A DNA stretch of 64,000 bases from Thermomicrobiales bacterium (lineage in GTDB: Bacteria; Chloroflexota; Chloroflexia; Thermomicrobiales; UBA6265), in contig DASTFJ010000250.1 of assembly GCA_035708745.1 (NCBI GenBank), positions 7,467 through 71,466 of the forward strand. Reading direction: 5' to 3'. The notes beneath the pieces are model-generated. The model worked only from the letters and a program-made list of their open reading frames with translations, ran no database searches and was not told where the DNA came from. Below, piece after piece: positions 50,206 through 60,824 of this stretch (positions are counted from its first letter, which is position 1; each line of letters starts with the position of its first letter). The translations under genes and the position numbers were made by a program.

Positions 50206-51501
50206 TCAACATCGTGGAGTCTCCTCGTCACGCAGCGCAGCCAGCGCACCCAAAAGCTGCGTATCGCCCGACGCATCGAGCTGCGTTTGCGACACAGTTT
50301 CTCCGTCGATGATGTCGATGATCGCATCTGGATCGGTCTGGCGAATTTCGACATCCGGCGCGACGCCAACCTTCCAGGCGAGATCTCCGTCCGGCGTCAA
50401 CCAGAACGACGTACCCAGCGCCAGGGCCGAACCGCCGTCCAGCGAAAAGGTCGAGACAACCGTACCAGTCCCATAGGTGCGCTCACCGATGACCTCGGCC
50501 CGGCCGTTGTCGCGCAACGACCCGGCGATCATCTCGGCCGCGGAGGCCGATGCCCGATTGACCAGCACGACCAGCGGCACATCCAGCGCCGCCCCATCGT
50601 TGCCGATCGTATCGACCGGCGATTCGTCGCCGTCGCGATCCTTCTGGATATAGACAGTCGTTCCTTCCGGCATGAATTGGCTGGCGACCGTGAGCGCCTC
50701 GCTCACGAGCCCACCCGGGTTGTTACGCAAATCGAGCACGATCCCAGTGGCGCCGCCGGCGACAACTTCTTTCAGCGCCTCGTTGAGCTGCTTTCCAGAG
50801 TCTGCCGAAAACTCATGCAGCTGCACCAGCGCAACGCCATTTGGCAGCATCGCCCAGGTGACCGGATCCAGATCGATCAGGGCGCGCACGACCGTAATTT
50901 GCAGCAAATCGGAGACGCCATCGCGCTCGATGGTCAATGTCACCGGTGTTCCCGCATCGCCGCGCAGGTGCATCGTTACCTCGGCATCGGTCATGCCAAG
51001 GGTCGGAATGCCGTCGATTTCGACGATAACGTCGCCCGGCAGGAGACCTGCCTCCTCGGCAGGGGAATCTTTGATCGGGGCAACGATCACCGGCTCGCCA
51101 TCCTGATATTCGATGCTGATCCCGAGCCCGACCAGCTCGCCAGAAAGCGCGGCGCGAAAGGCCGTAGCCTCGTCTGGATCGAGAAACGTGGAATGCCCGG
51201 TATCGCCCAGACTCGCCACCATCCCGTGGGCCGCTCCATAGAGGAGCGCTTCGTCATCGACCGCGCTCGGATCGGCGAACTTGTCGTGAATGAGATCCCA
51301 CACCTGTTGCAAGGTGCCGAATCCCGGCTGATCGCTAATCGAGCTCGAGGCATCCGTGCTGCCGGGTCCGACAACCTCGCCGGTGAGGATGCCCGCGAGG
51401 AAGACACTGGTGATCAGAACGATGAGACCCAGGCGCGCAACGGCCCGGCGATGCGAGCTGCCCGATGGCCGGCGCGGCGGTTCAGGAGGCGAAAGGTCCA
51501 T
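50206..51501 (-). CDS. S41 family C-terminal processing peptidase with PDZ domain
   Basis: GLGI PDZ motif, LDLRNNPGG, ASASAAE and GERTYG. Confidence 0.92.
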   Translation of the reverse strand: MDLSPPEPPRRPSGSSHRRAVARLGLIVLITSVFLAGILTGEVVGPGSTDASSSISDQPGFGTLQQVWDLIHDKFADPSAVDDEALLYGAAHGMVASLGDTGHSTFLDPDEATAFRAALSGELVGLGISIEYQDGEPVIVAPIKDSPAEEAGLLPGDVIVEIDGIPTLGMTDAEVTMHLRGDAGTPVTLTIERDGVSDLLQITVVRALIDLDPVTWAMLPNGVALVQLHEFSADSGKQLNEALKEVVAGGATGIVLDLRNNPGGLVSEALTVASQFMPEGTTVYIQKDRDGDESPVDTIGNDGAALDVPLVVLVNRASASAAEMIAGSLRDNGRAEVIGERTYGTGTVVSTFSLDGGSALALGTSFWLTPDGDLAWKVGVAPDVEIRQTDPDAIIDIIDGETVSQTQLDASGDTQLLGALAALRDEETPRC

Positions 51502-51589
51502 TGGCAATGCAGTCCAAAGCGATAACAGGCAACCGATCGAACGCGGCCGTTCGACGAACGTTGCATGAGTGTACGCTTGCCGCCATCCG

Positions 51590-51611
51590 AAGGTTCCCAA
51601 TTGGGAACCTT
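51590..51611. promoter_or_regulatory. Perfect 22-bp palindrome in a divergent intergenic region (candidate operator or promoter pair)
   Basis: AAGGTTCCCAA/TTGGGAACCTT. Confidence 0.5.
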
Positions 51612-51632
51612 AGCCAACCGGAGTCGTGCTAC

Positions 51633-52400
51633 ATGCCACCAAAAAACCCAGACCAGCTCGTCGAATTCACTTTTCTCCTGAAAGGCGTCGACTACCCAGT
51701 ACAGGAGCGCCGCGGCGCCATCGTGCACGAGGCCTTTCATGTCGCGTTGCCGACCGAATTCACTGCCGGGCACCGCCTGGTGTTCCGCACCCTCGATGGA
51801 CGCGAGATCTACCCTGACAACTTTCTGGGCGATCTGATCGATCATCTGAGAGTCGATCGGATCGAGACCTTCGCGGAACCGATCCCGGAAGTCGCTGGCG
51901 ACTGGCGCAATATCGGGTTCGACCATCTGGCGATTTCGGTCGAGGATCGGCCGGGCGCCCGCGATTTCCTGCGGGAAGTCGTCCAGATGAAGGTCATGCG
52001 CGACGATCCGCACCTGACCGTGCTCACCACCGGCCCCACCACCATCATGCTCTTCGACACTGGTGAGGGCGGCCCCCTCTCCACCGGCGGCGCATCACGG
52101 TGGCATCATCTCGGCTTCGTGGTCGACGATCTGGCCGCCGCCTACGCCCATCTCCAGAAAAATCGAGACCGATTGATCAGCGATTTCACCATGCTGGAGC
52201 GGGACGAGCGCTGGAGTCTCTATTTCTTCTACCGAAACGGAGATGTCACCTTCATGTTCCAGTTCTCGGAGGTCAAGGAAGCCGATCGGGGCATCACCGA
52301 TCCATCCCGCGCCGATTTCGCGACCTACCTGTTCGATTACGCCAAGCGACCATACGGCGTCCAATGGGAGCTCGAGCTGGCGGGCAGCGAATCCCGATGA
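51633..52400 (+). CDS. VOC (glyoxalase-like) family protein with an extra N-terminal region
   Basis: FDHLAISV and WHHLGFVVDDL motifs. Confidence 0.75.
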   Translation: MPPKNPDQLVEFTFLLKGVDYPVQERRGAIVHEAFHVALPTEFTAGHRLVFRTLDGREIYPDNFLGDLIDHLRVDRIETFAEPIPEVAGDWRNIGFDHLAISVEDRPGARDFLREVVQMKVMRDDPHLTVLTTGPTTIMLFDTGEGGPLSTGGASRWHHLGFVVDDLAAAYAHLQKNRDRLISDFTMLERDERWSLYFFYRNGDVTFMFQFSEVKEADRGITDPSRADFATYLFDYAKRPYGVQWELELAGSESR

Positions 52401-52810
52401 CCCAGTCCGAACCGCCACGCCGGCTGATCATCCTCGACGATTCGGGCAACGCGCCCGCCAACTATTCCCCGGCTGTGCGGGTCGGCAATCAGGTCTTCGT
52501 GGCTGGCATGATCAGCATGCGCGACGGAGAGATCGTTGGGCTGGGCGACATCGTCGCGCAAACCCGGCAAGTGCTTGACCACGTCGAAACAGCGCTCCAG
52601 CGAGCCGGATCCGCATTTGGCGACATCGTCCGATATCGAATCTATCTGACCGATATGAGCGATCTTGCCGGCGTCCGCTCGGTGCTGAACGAACGCTTCG
52701 GATCGATTCGCCCCGCCGGCACCCTGGTCGCGGTCAGCTGCCTCGTGCATCCGGATCTGAAGATCGAAATCGACGCCGATGCAATCGTTGGCAGCGCACT
52801 AGAATCTTGA
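52397..52810 (+). CDS. Rid (YjgF/YER057c/UK114) family protein
   Basis: YSPAVRVG..VFVAG, RPAGT and KIEIDA motifs; ATGA overlap with the VOC gene. Confidence 0.9.
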   Translation: MTQSEPPRRLIILDDSGNAPANYSPAVRVGNQVFVAGMISMRDGEIVGLGDIVAQTRQVLDHVETALQRAGSAFGDIVRYRIYLTDMSDLAGVRSVLNERFGSIRPAGTLVAVSCLVHPDLKIEIDADAIVGSALES

Positions 52811-52963
52811 ATTCCGAAAGGCGGCGACCCGGTCCTGCCATCCTAACGAAGGGAGAGTCTCCTGGCCGCAGCGAGTGCCTCCGAGGAATCAGGCTTCAAT
52901 GAGCGACCGGAATTTCCCGGCAATTGGCTCGAGCCAATTGCCGGGGTACCAGAAGTAGGTGCG

Positions 52964-53371
52964 ATGATGACGAGACAACGCATATCGTCCGGAGGTCCTT
53001 TCGAAAAGATCGGGGGCTATTCTCGCGCCGTTCGGGTCGGTGACCACATTTACGTTTCCGGCTCGACCGCGGTCAAGGACGGCAAGGTCGTCGGTCCCGG
53101 CGATGTGGCCGCACAAACACGCCAGACCCTGTCGACGATCTCCGATGCGCTCGAGCACGCCGGCGCAACCCTGGAAGATGTCGTTCGTTACCGGATCTAT
53201 TTGACGAACATCGCCGACAGTGCCCAGGTGCTCCCCATCTTCGGTGAGTACTTTGGGGAGATTCGTCCGGCCGGCACCCTGGTAGCCGTCTCTGCGCTGA
53301 TCGCTCCCGAGATGATGATCGAGGTCGAGGTCGACGCCATCGCCGGCAGCGCCTCCACGACGGACGACTAA
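52964..53371 (+). CDS. Rid family protein (second paralogue)
   Basis: GYSRAVRVG..IYVSG, RPAGT and IEVEVDA motifs. Confidence 0.92.
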   Translation: MMTRQRISSGGPFEKIGGYSRAVRVGDHIYVSGSTAVKDGKVVGPGDVAAQTRQTLSTISDALEHAGATLEDVVRYRIYLTNIADSAQVLPIFGEYFGEIRPAGTLVAVSALIAPEMMIEVEVDAIAGSASTTDD

Positions 53372-53397
53372 GGATTTCTACTGCCACTAATGCGAAA

Positions 53398-53426
53398 CGG
53401 GCTGTCTGGAACATCCAGACAGCCCG
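53398..53426. terminator. Hairpin between the convergent rid and ilvE genes
   Basis: CGGGCTGTCTGGA-ACA-TCCAGACAGCCCG. Confidence 0.7.
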
Positions 53427-53450
53427 TGCTTCGTCCAATCGATGCAAGGC

Positions 53451-54401
53451 CTATGCGGGAACCCGGGATGCGAACCCGACCGGGGTACGCCAATCGGCAA
53501 AGGCGCGCTCGGTGCCGCGCAAGGCCGCCTCGAACACCCGCTCGAGCTCCCGGGTAATGGGTCCAATAGCGCCGTCTCCGACCGTATACCGGTCGACGGA
53601 GACGATCGGCGATATTTCAGCGGCGGTGCCGCAGAGGAACGCCTCGTCTGCCATATAGAGCTCGGTGCGGTCGACCACGCGCTCTTCCACGGAAATACCC
53701 AGCTCCTCCCGCGCCAACGTCAGCAATGCGTCGCGCGTGATGCTCTCCAGAATTCCCGAGGTCAGATCCGGGGTGATCAGCCTGCCATCCCGCACGAACA
53801 TCACGCAGGCGCCTGGTCCTTCGGCAACCTTGCCATGCGTATTCAGGATGATGGCGGTGTCGTACCCATCCGCCGCGGTCTCCTGCCGGGCAAGCTGACC
53901 GTTGCGATAGTTGGAAAGGTTCTTGACCCGCGGCGGCATGACATCCTCGGAGATGCGCCGCCACGAGCTGACCTTGGCATTCATGACCTTGTCCGACCCA
54001 AGATGTGTTGGCATGGGACGTGTGATGATCTGGAGTGTGGTTTGCACGTCCAGACTGTCATAGCGGGTGGAATACGTGTTGGCGGTATAAGCCAGCGGGA
54101 AGAAGTAGGTATCCCGCGTGCAGTCGTTCTTGCGCGCCAGCTCGACCGTAGCGTCGATCAGATCGTCGATCGAATAGTTCAGATCCAGGTGGACCAGCTT
54201 CATCGACCGCTTCAGGCGCTCGAGATGCTCGCGCAGGCGGAAAATGTAGAGCTCGCCGTCGCCGGCATTCCAATAGCCCCGGATCCCCTCGAAGACGGCG
54301 CCGATCGTCGACCATCCCATCTCGGAGACGTGCACCGTTGCCTCGTCCCAAGGTGTGATCGAGCCGTTGAACCACAGATACGACGGATGATTTGGGGCCA
54401 T
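53451..54401 (-). CDS. ilvE: Branched-chain amino acid aminotransferase (fold type IV PLP)
   Basis: VFEGIR, FRL.EH..RL, LESITR and DEAFLCGTAAEI motifs. Confidence 0.88.
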   Translation of the reverse strand: MAPNHPSYLWFNGSITPWDEATVHVSEMGWSTIGAVFEGIRGYWNAGDGELYIFRLREHLERLKRSMKLVHLDLNYSIDDLIDATVELARKNDCTRDTYFFPLAYTANTYSTRYDSLDVQTTLQIITRPMPTHLGSDKVMNAKVSSWRRISEDVMPPRVKNLSNYRNGQLARQETAADGYDTAIILNTHGKVAEGPGACVMFVRDGRLITPDLTSGILESITRDALLTLAREELGISVEERVVDRTELYMADEAFLCGTAAEISPIVSVDRYTVGDGAIGPITRELERVFEAALRGTERAFADWRTPVGFASRVPA

Positions 54402-54551
54402 GTACGTGCTCCTGATGCCTGGCGTCATTGCCACGAGTTCGACAAATCTCGGCCACGAGTGCCGGAATTTCGAAGCGTACAGGCAAGAACGCCGGGATGG
54501 CCAATGGTCATCCCGGCGTCTCGATAGCCGTGCTATCAGGCTGACTGCATG

Positions 54552-56318
54552 CTATTCCGCCGGACGGGTGTCCGTAGTGACGTGTCGCAGCATATTGACG
54601 TAGATGTTGCCGTCCGGAACCTTCTGGCCATATTGATTGACCTCGACATTCTGGACCCAAGGCTTGTAGACGTCCTGGTCGAGTCGGAAGACGAGTGGCA
54701 TGTAGCCCACGTCCTCCTGGATGATCTTCTCGGCCTGAGCGTAGATCTCGAGCCGAGCCTCGGGCGTCGGAGCTTCCTTGCCCTGGATGACCAGATCGTC
54801 GAACTCCGCGTTCGACCACGCTTGGCGCTTGCCCGACGCCTTTTGGCTATAGAACATGTCGCCATACATGTTGTCTGGATCCGGATAGTCCATCCACCAG
54901 CGGATGAAGACGAGCTGCCATTTGTTCTCGGTGAGCTGGGGCGTGAAGTTGGACTGCGGCACCGGGTTGATCTTGACGTCCATACCCAGGTTTTGCTTGA
55001 GCTGGTCGACGATGTCATTCGCCATGATATCGGCGTTGTAGACCTCTTCCTCAGCGCGCATCCACATGTTGATCTCGGGCCAGTTCTCGCCGCCCTCGAA
55101 CTCGGTTCCAACCAGCGACGCCATCGCCAACTCAGGATCGTAGTTCTGGATCTCGGTGAGGGCCGGATCGTCGAGGAATCCGAAGACGCCTTGCGGCACC
55201 ATGCAATACGCCGGGGAAACCAATCCATTGGTCACCGTGACCAGGCGATCGCGATCGATCGCGTGGCTCAGCGCCTTGCGGACTTCGAGCTTGTCGAACG
55301 GCGGGATGCCGTTGGATGGCAGGATCATCCAGAGGCCAGGATAGACATAGGGCGAAAGCAGCGCGGCCTTGTCCGGATCATCGAGATACCGGGCATAGTC
55401 GGCTGCCGGGAGGATCGACCAGTCGAGCTGTTGATCGCCCTCACCCTCTTCGAAGAGGAGCACCTCATTCGCCGCTGGGTAAAGCGGAGCATGGTACGTT
55501 GCGATGCTGATGTTCTCGGCGTCCCAGAAACCAGGGTTGCGCTCCATATTCCACCCGACATCCGGGGTCCAATCGACCAGGTTGAACGGGCCGTTTGACA
55601 CCAGGGGTACATCGCCACCGAGCGCCCATTTCTCCGCGTATTTCTCGACTTGCCACTTGGGAGCAGGCCAGGCAGCCTGATATGCCGCTTTCAGCGGGAA
55701 CCCACCGCGGGGACCTTCGCACGTGACTTCGAGGGTCCAGTCGTCGATCGCCTTGAGCCCGAGATCGTCGGCCGTCGCTCCGGCGCCGGTGTTGTACGAC
55801 TGGGCGTTCTTCACATCGAAGAAGAAGCTTGCATACGGAGCGGCAGTGTTCGGATCGAGCTGGCGCGCCCACGAGTAGACGAAGTCACCGGCCGTCACTG
55901 GCGTGCCATCCGACCACCCTGTGTTGTTCTGTCGAATATGGAACGTCCAGACCGAGGCGTCCTCATTGGACTCCCAGGTCTCTGCCCAGCCCGGCGCCGG
56001 GTTCAGATCGGCATCGAACGTCGTGACGCCCTCGAACGCATTGGTATCGGCATTGCAATAAAGATCGGCATTGAAGTCGAATGAGGTCGGGTTCGTTCGG
56101 TACCCACGCTGGTAGAAGATCTGGGGAACCTCGTCCGCGCCGGTGCCGGCCGCTGGTGAGGCATCCTGCGCGGCGACAGAGACTCCGCGGGCGGCCAGCG
56201 TAGCCGTAGCGGCTGCGACCCCGATCGCCTTGAGCGCGGCACGCCGGCTCAATTTGCCACTGAGCACATCGGCTCGAATCTGGGCAAGCTGTGTATCGAG
56301 CTGAGACTGTTCGGTCAT
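54552..56318 (-). CDS. oppA: Oligopeptide ABC transporter substrate-binding protein (Tat signal)
   Basis: SRRAALK signal, WSDG.PVTA.DF, SNGPF and W..DYPDP motifs. Confidence 0.9.
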   Translation of the reverse strand: MTEQSQLDTQLAQIRADVLSGKLSRRAALKAIGVAAATATLAARGVSVAAQDASPAAGTGADEVPQIFYQRGYRTNPTSFDFNADLYCNADTNAFEGVTTFDADLNPAPGWAETWESNEDASVWTFHIRQNNTGWSDGTPVTAGDFVYSWARQLDPNTAAPYASFFFDVKNAQSYNTGAGATADDLGLKAIDDWTLEVTCEGPRGGFPLKAAYQAAWPAPKWQVEKYAEKWALGGDVPLVSNGPFNLVDWTPDVGWNMERNPGFWDAENISIATYHAPLYPAANEVLLFEEGEGDQQLDWSILPAADYARYLDDPDKAALLSPYVYPGLWMILPSNGIPPFDKLEVRKALSHAIDRDRLVTVTNGLVSPAYCMVPQGVFGFLDDPALTEIQNYDPELAMASLVGTEFEGGENWPEINMWMRAEEEVYNADIMANDIVDQLKQNLGMDVKINPVPQSNFTPQLTENKWQLVFIRWWMDYPDPDNMYGDMFYSQKASGKRQAWSNAEFDDLVIQGKEAPTPEARLEIYAQAEKIIQEDVGYMPLVFRLDQDVYKPWVQNVEVNQYGQKVPDGNIYVNMLRHVTTDTRPAE

Positions 56319-56520
56319 CCGGAAGTACCTCCTGAATCTACCGTTTCTCGTCCCCCGGCAAACGTGTCGGGGGTTTCAAACAGTTCGATCGCGCCTATCG
56401 TGTTGCTGTTAGGTTTCCGATTCTAGCAAAACTTCACCAGCGTTCACAGGGCGCGTCCGTTCCGTTCGCCTGTATCGTGCATTCCACTCCTCACCCCGGC
56501 GCGAACCGCCCACCAAGCGG

Positions 56521-57536
56521 TCAGGCGTAATGGCAGGCGACGAAGTGATTCACCTCCTTTTCTTCCAAGAGTGGTTCTTCGATGGCGCAGTTGGGTTGGG
56601 CAATAGGACAGCGCGGGTGGAACCGGCAGCCGCTCGGCGGGTTGGCCGGACTCGGAACATCCCCCTCCAAAATGATGCGATCGCGCGAGCGGCCGGGAGC
56701 CGCAACCGGGATCGCGGAAATGAGCGCCTTCGTATAGGGATGCTTCGGATTCTCGGTAATGGTGCGGGCATCGCCGATCTCGACCAGCTTGCCGAGATAC
56801 ATCACCCCGATGCGGTCCGCGATATGCGCCACGACCGCCAGATTGTGCGCGATGAAGAGATAGGTCAGGTTGTATTGCTCCTGGAGCTGCTTCATCAGGT
56901 TCAGCACTTGAGCCTGAATCGACACGTCCAGCGCCGACACCGGCTCATCGCAAATCACCAGTTCGGGACCCAATGCCAGCGCTCGGGCGATACCGATCCG
57001 CTGCCGCTGGCCACCAGAAAATTCATGCGGATAGCGATTGGCAAAATAGGAATTGAGCCCGACTTCCCGGAGCAACTCGTAGACGCGTTCTTGCCGGTCC
57101 TTTTTCGAACCCCATTTGGCGACATTCAACGGCTCGGAGATCACGGACGACACCGTCATGCGCGGATCGAGTGAGGCCGACGGGTCCTGGAAGATCATTT
57201 GCAAATACCGGCGATAAGGGCGCATTTGCTTGCCGCCGAGTTTGCCGATCTCGTCTCCCTTGAACCTGATCGATCCTGCGGTTGGCTCGTAGAGCCGCAC
57301 GATCGTCTGTCCGAGCGTGGTCTTACCGCAACCGGACTCGCCCACCAGCCCTAACGTTTCGCCCTTGCGGATCGAAAACGACACATCGTCGACCGCGTGA
57401 ATGACGAGTGGGCGGCCATGCAAGAGCCCACCGCCGATCGTGAAATGCTTTTTGACATTGGTGAGCTGAAGGATCGGCTCCTCTTCCGGTGAGTGCACGC
57501 TGGGGATATCTTCCGTTTGCACTACGTTCTCGACGG

Positions 57537-57540
<4 letters not shown>
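56521..57540 (-). CDS. oppF: Oligopeptide ABC transporter ATPase
   Basis: [16 protein letters not shown] and C-terminal GCRFHPRC. Confidence 0.93.
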
Positions 57541-58610
<1,070 letters not shown>

Positions 58611-58673
58611 CGTCGTCCTGTTTCGGGTCGTCCCAGTTGCGGGGGTTTCCTGGCGTCCAGCGCCGGCGTAAGG

Positions 58674-59666
58674 TTAGTCATTGGCTTTCGGATCGAGCGC
58701 ATCGCGCAACCCATCGCCCAGGAAGGTAAAGCCGAGCATCACCAAACCGATGGCGATGACCGGGAAAATGAGCATATGTGGCGTGCTGATGATATCGGCC
58801 GGGGTGCTGGCCGCGCCCACCATCTGCCCCCAGCTGGCCTGGGGTGGTTGGATGCCGACGCCGACAAAGCTCAACGCGGCTTCGATAAAGATTGCGGTCG
58901 GGATGCCGAAGGTTGCCGCCACGATGATGGGCGTGAGGCTATTGGGCAACAGGTGCCGCATGATGATGTGCGCGCCTCCGGCGCCAGCCACGCGTGACGC
59001 TTTGACATATTCCTGCTCGCGCAAGGTCAGGAACTGCGCGCGTATCAATCTGGCCTCGGTCGTCCACCCGATTAATCCGATTCCCAGAATGATGTTCGTC
59101 AGACTCGGACCGCGGGCATTGACGAACAGCATCACCAGGAGCACCTGGGGGATGGTGTAAATCACATCGACGACGCGCATCAGCACGGTATCGGTAATCC
59201 CGCCATAGAAGCCGGCAATCGACCCGAGGGGAATGGCAATGCAGAGAATAAGCGTATAGGACGCCAGACCGACCATCAGAGAAACCCGCGAGCCCCACAT
59301 CAGTCGGCTGAAAATGTCACGGCCGTTCTTGTCGAGTCCCATCGGCCAGGTCCAGCTGGGCCCCATGCGCGCCACGCGCACGTCCACCACTTCGCTTTGC
59401 CCGTACGGCGCGAGGATCGGGGCAAGGATGGCCATCAACACGAAGAGCGAAACGATGATGAGACCGATCAACGCCAGCCGGTTCCGACTGAGCCGCCGAA
59501 ACGCGTCGACCCAGAGATTCGAATGGGGCCGGGTCCACTCTTCCCCGCTCGCTCCGAGCTGCTCCAGCGCATTGGAATCAGCATCCGTAAACGGCGGGTT
59601 GATCGCCTGGCCAGCTCCCACGACAGCCGGATTCGCGGTATCGAGATGATCGGCGGATGGGGCCAT
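58674..59666 (-). CDS. oppC: Oligopeptide ABC transporter permease
   Basis: GRDIFSR, EAA loop and GDGLRDALDP. Confidence 0.92.
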   Translation of the reverse strand: MAPSADHLDTANPAVVGAGQAINPPFTDADSNALEQLGASGEEWTRPHSNLWVDAFRRLSRNRLALIGLIIVSLFVLMAILAPILAPYGQSEVVDVRVARMGPSWTWPMGLDKNGRDIFSRLMWGSRVSLMVGLASYTLILCIAIPLGSIAGFYGGITDTVLMRVVDVIYTIPQVLLVMLFVNARGPSLTNIILGIGLIGWTTEARLIRAQFLTLREQEYVKASRVAGAGGAHIIMRHLLPNSLTPIIVAATFGIPTAIFIEAALSFVGVGIQPPQASWGQMVGAASTPADIISTPHMLIFPVIAIGLVMLGFTFLGDGLRDALDPKAND

Positions 59667-59687
59667 CGTTGCTCCGGGGTCGCTTGC

Positions 59688-60626
59688 CTAGTACCGAATA
59701 CGGGGATCGATGAACGCGTTGACGATATCCACGAGGATATTCATCAACGCCAGGAAGATCCCGTAAATGAGCACCACCGCCATGATCATCGGCTGGTCTT
59801 TGGTGAGCATGCTCTGGACATAGAACTTGCCCATCCCGGGGATGTTGAAGACCTGCTCAACGAAGAAGGTACCAGTGCCGATTGCGGCGAAGATGGGCCC
59901 AATGATGGTGATGACCGGAATGAGGGCGTTCTTGAGCACGTGCTTGACGATGACTTTACGTTCGGCCAACCCTTTGGCGCGCGCGGTTCGCACATAGTCG
60001 GAGCGGATGACCTCCACCATGCACCCCCGCGTGTACCTGGCGATCGATGCCAGCGGCGCAGCCGCCAGCGCGATCGTGGGCAGAATCCAGTCCTGCGGAC
60101 TCTGCCAACCAGAAACCGCAAAGCCCAAATCGAGTCCGTGATTCGGCAACCAGACAGCGAATAAGAGCAAGAGCAAGAAGCCCATCACGAAGTTGGGCAT
60201 GCTGTAGAAGAGGATTGCCGTGGTCATGGACGCATAGTCGATGGGACCGTTTTGATTGACCGCCGCCAATGTGCCCAGCGTTATCCCGACGACCACCGCC
60301 AGAATCAGCGCCATGAAGCCCAATTGCAACGACACCGGGAAGGTTCGCCTGATGATGGTGGAAACGTCCTGCCCGCGCCAAACATAGGAAACGCCGAAAT
60401 CACCCTGCAGTGAATTCTTGAGATACCGCCCAAACTGCACGATCTTCGGATCGTCGAGACCATATTTGGCTTCGATGCGCGCCCGTGCTTCCGGCGTGAT
60501 GCGATCCATATTGCCAAGCGCAAACGGGCTGCCGGGTGTTAGTTGCATGATCACGAACGTTACAGCTGCCATCAGGAAGACAGTGGGAATGAGCAGCGCA
60601 ACGCGGAAAAGGATGTATCGAAGCAT
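59688..60626 (-). CDS. oppB: Oligopeptide ABC transporter permease
   Basis: GDFG.S, DYVRTARAKGL and DPRIR motifs. Confidence 0.93.
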   Translation of the reverse strand: MLRYILFRVALLIPTVFLMAAVTFVIMQLTPGSPFALGNMDRITPEARARIEAKYGLDDPKIVQFGRYLKNSLQGDFGVSYVWRGQDVSTIIRRTFPVSLQLGFMALILAVVVGITLGTLAAVNQNGPIDYASMTTAILFYSMPNFVMGFLLLLLFAVWLPNHGLDLGFAVSGWQSPQDWILPTIALAAAPLASIARYTRGCMVEVIRSDYVRTARAKGLAERKVIVKHVLKNALIPVITIIGPIFAAIGTGTFFVEQVFNIPGMGKFYVQSMLTKDQPMIMAVVLIYGIFLALMNILVDIVNAFIDPRIRY

Positions 60627-60729
60627 GTGATCTGGCTACCCGGTCGATGGACCTGTACCGACTGCCGGAGGCAATCACTCACGAGGAACTTCGCTCGAAC
60701 CCGCGCGCGGATGTTTCAGAATGGGCGCG

Positions 60730-60758
60730 AGTGTAGCACCCTGCCTAGGCAGTGGCAA
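60730..60758 (-). promoter_or_regulatory. Putative sigma70 promoter of the opp operon
   Basis: TTGCCA, 17-bp spacer, TACACT with an extended -10 TG. Confidence 0.55.
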
Positions 60759-60824
60759 CCACAGCTCGCTATCCAATTCCGGAATTTCTGGGCGCTGTTT
60801 GGGGGAATCCGCATTCGTACGGAC

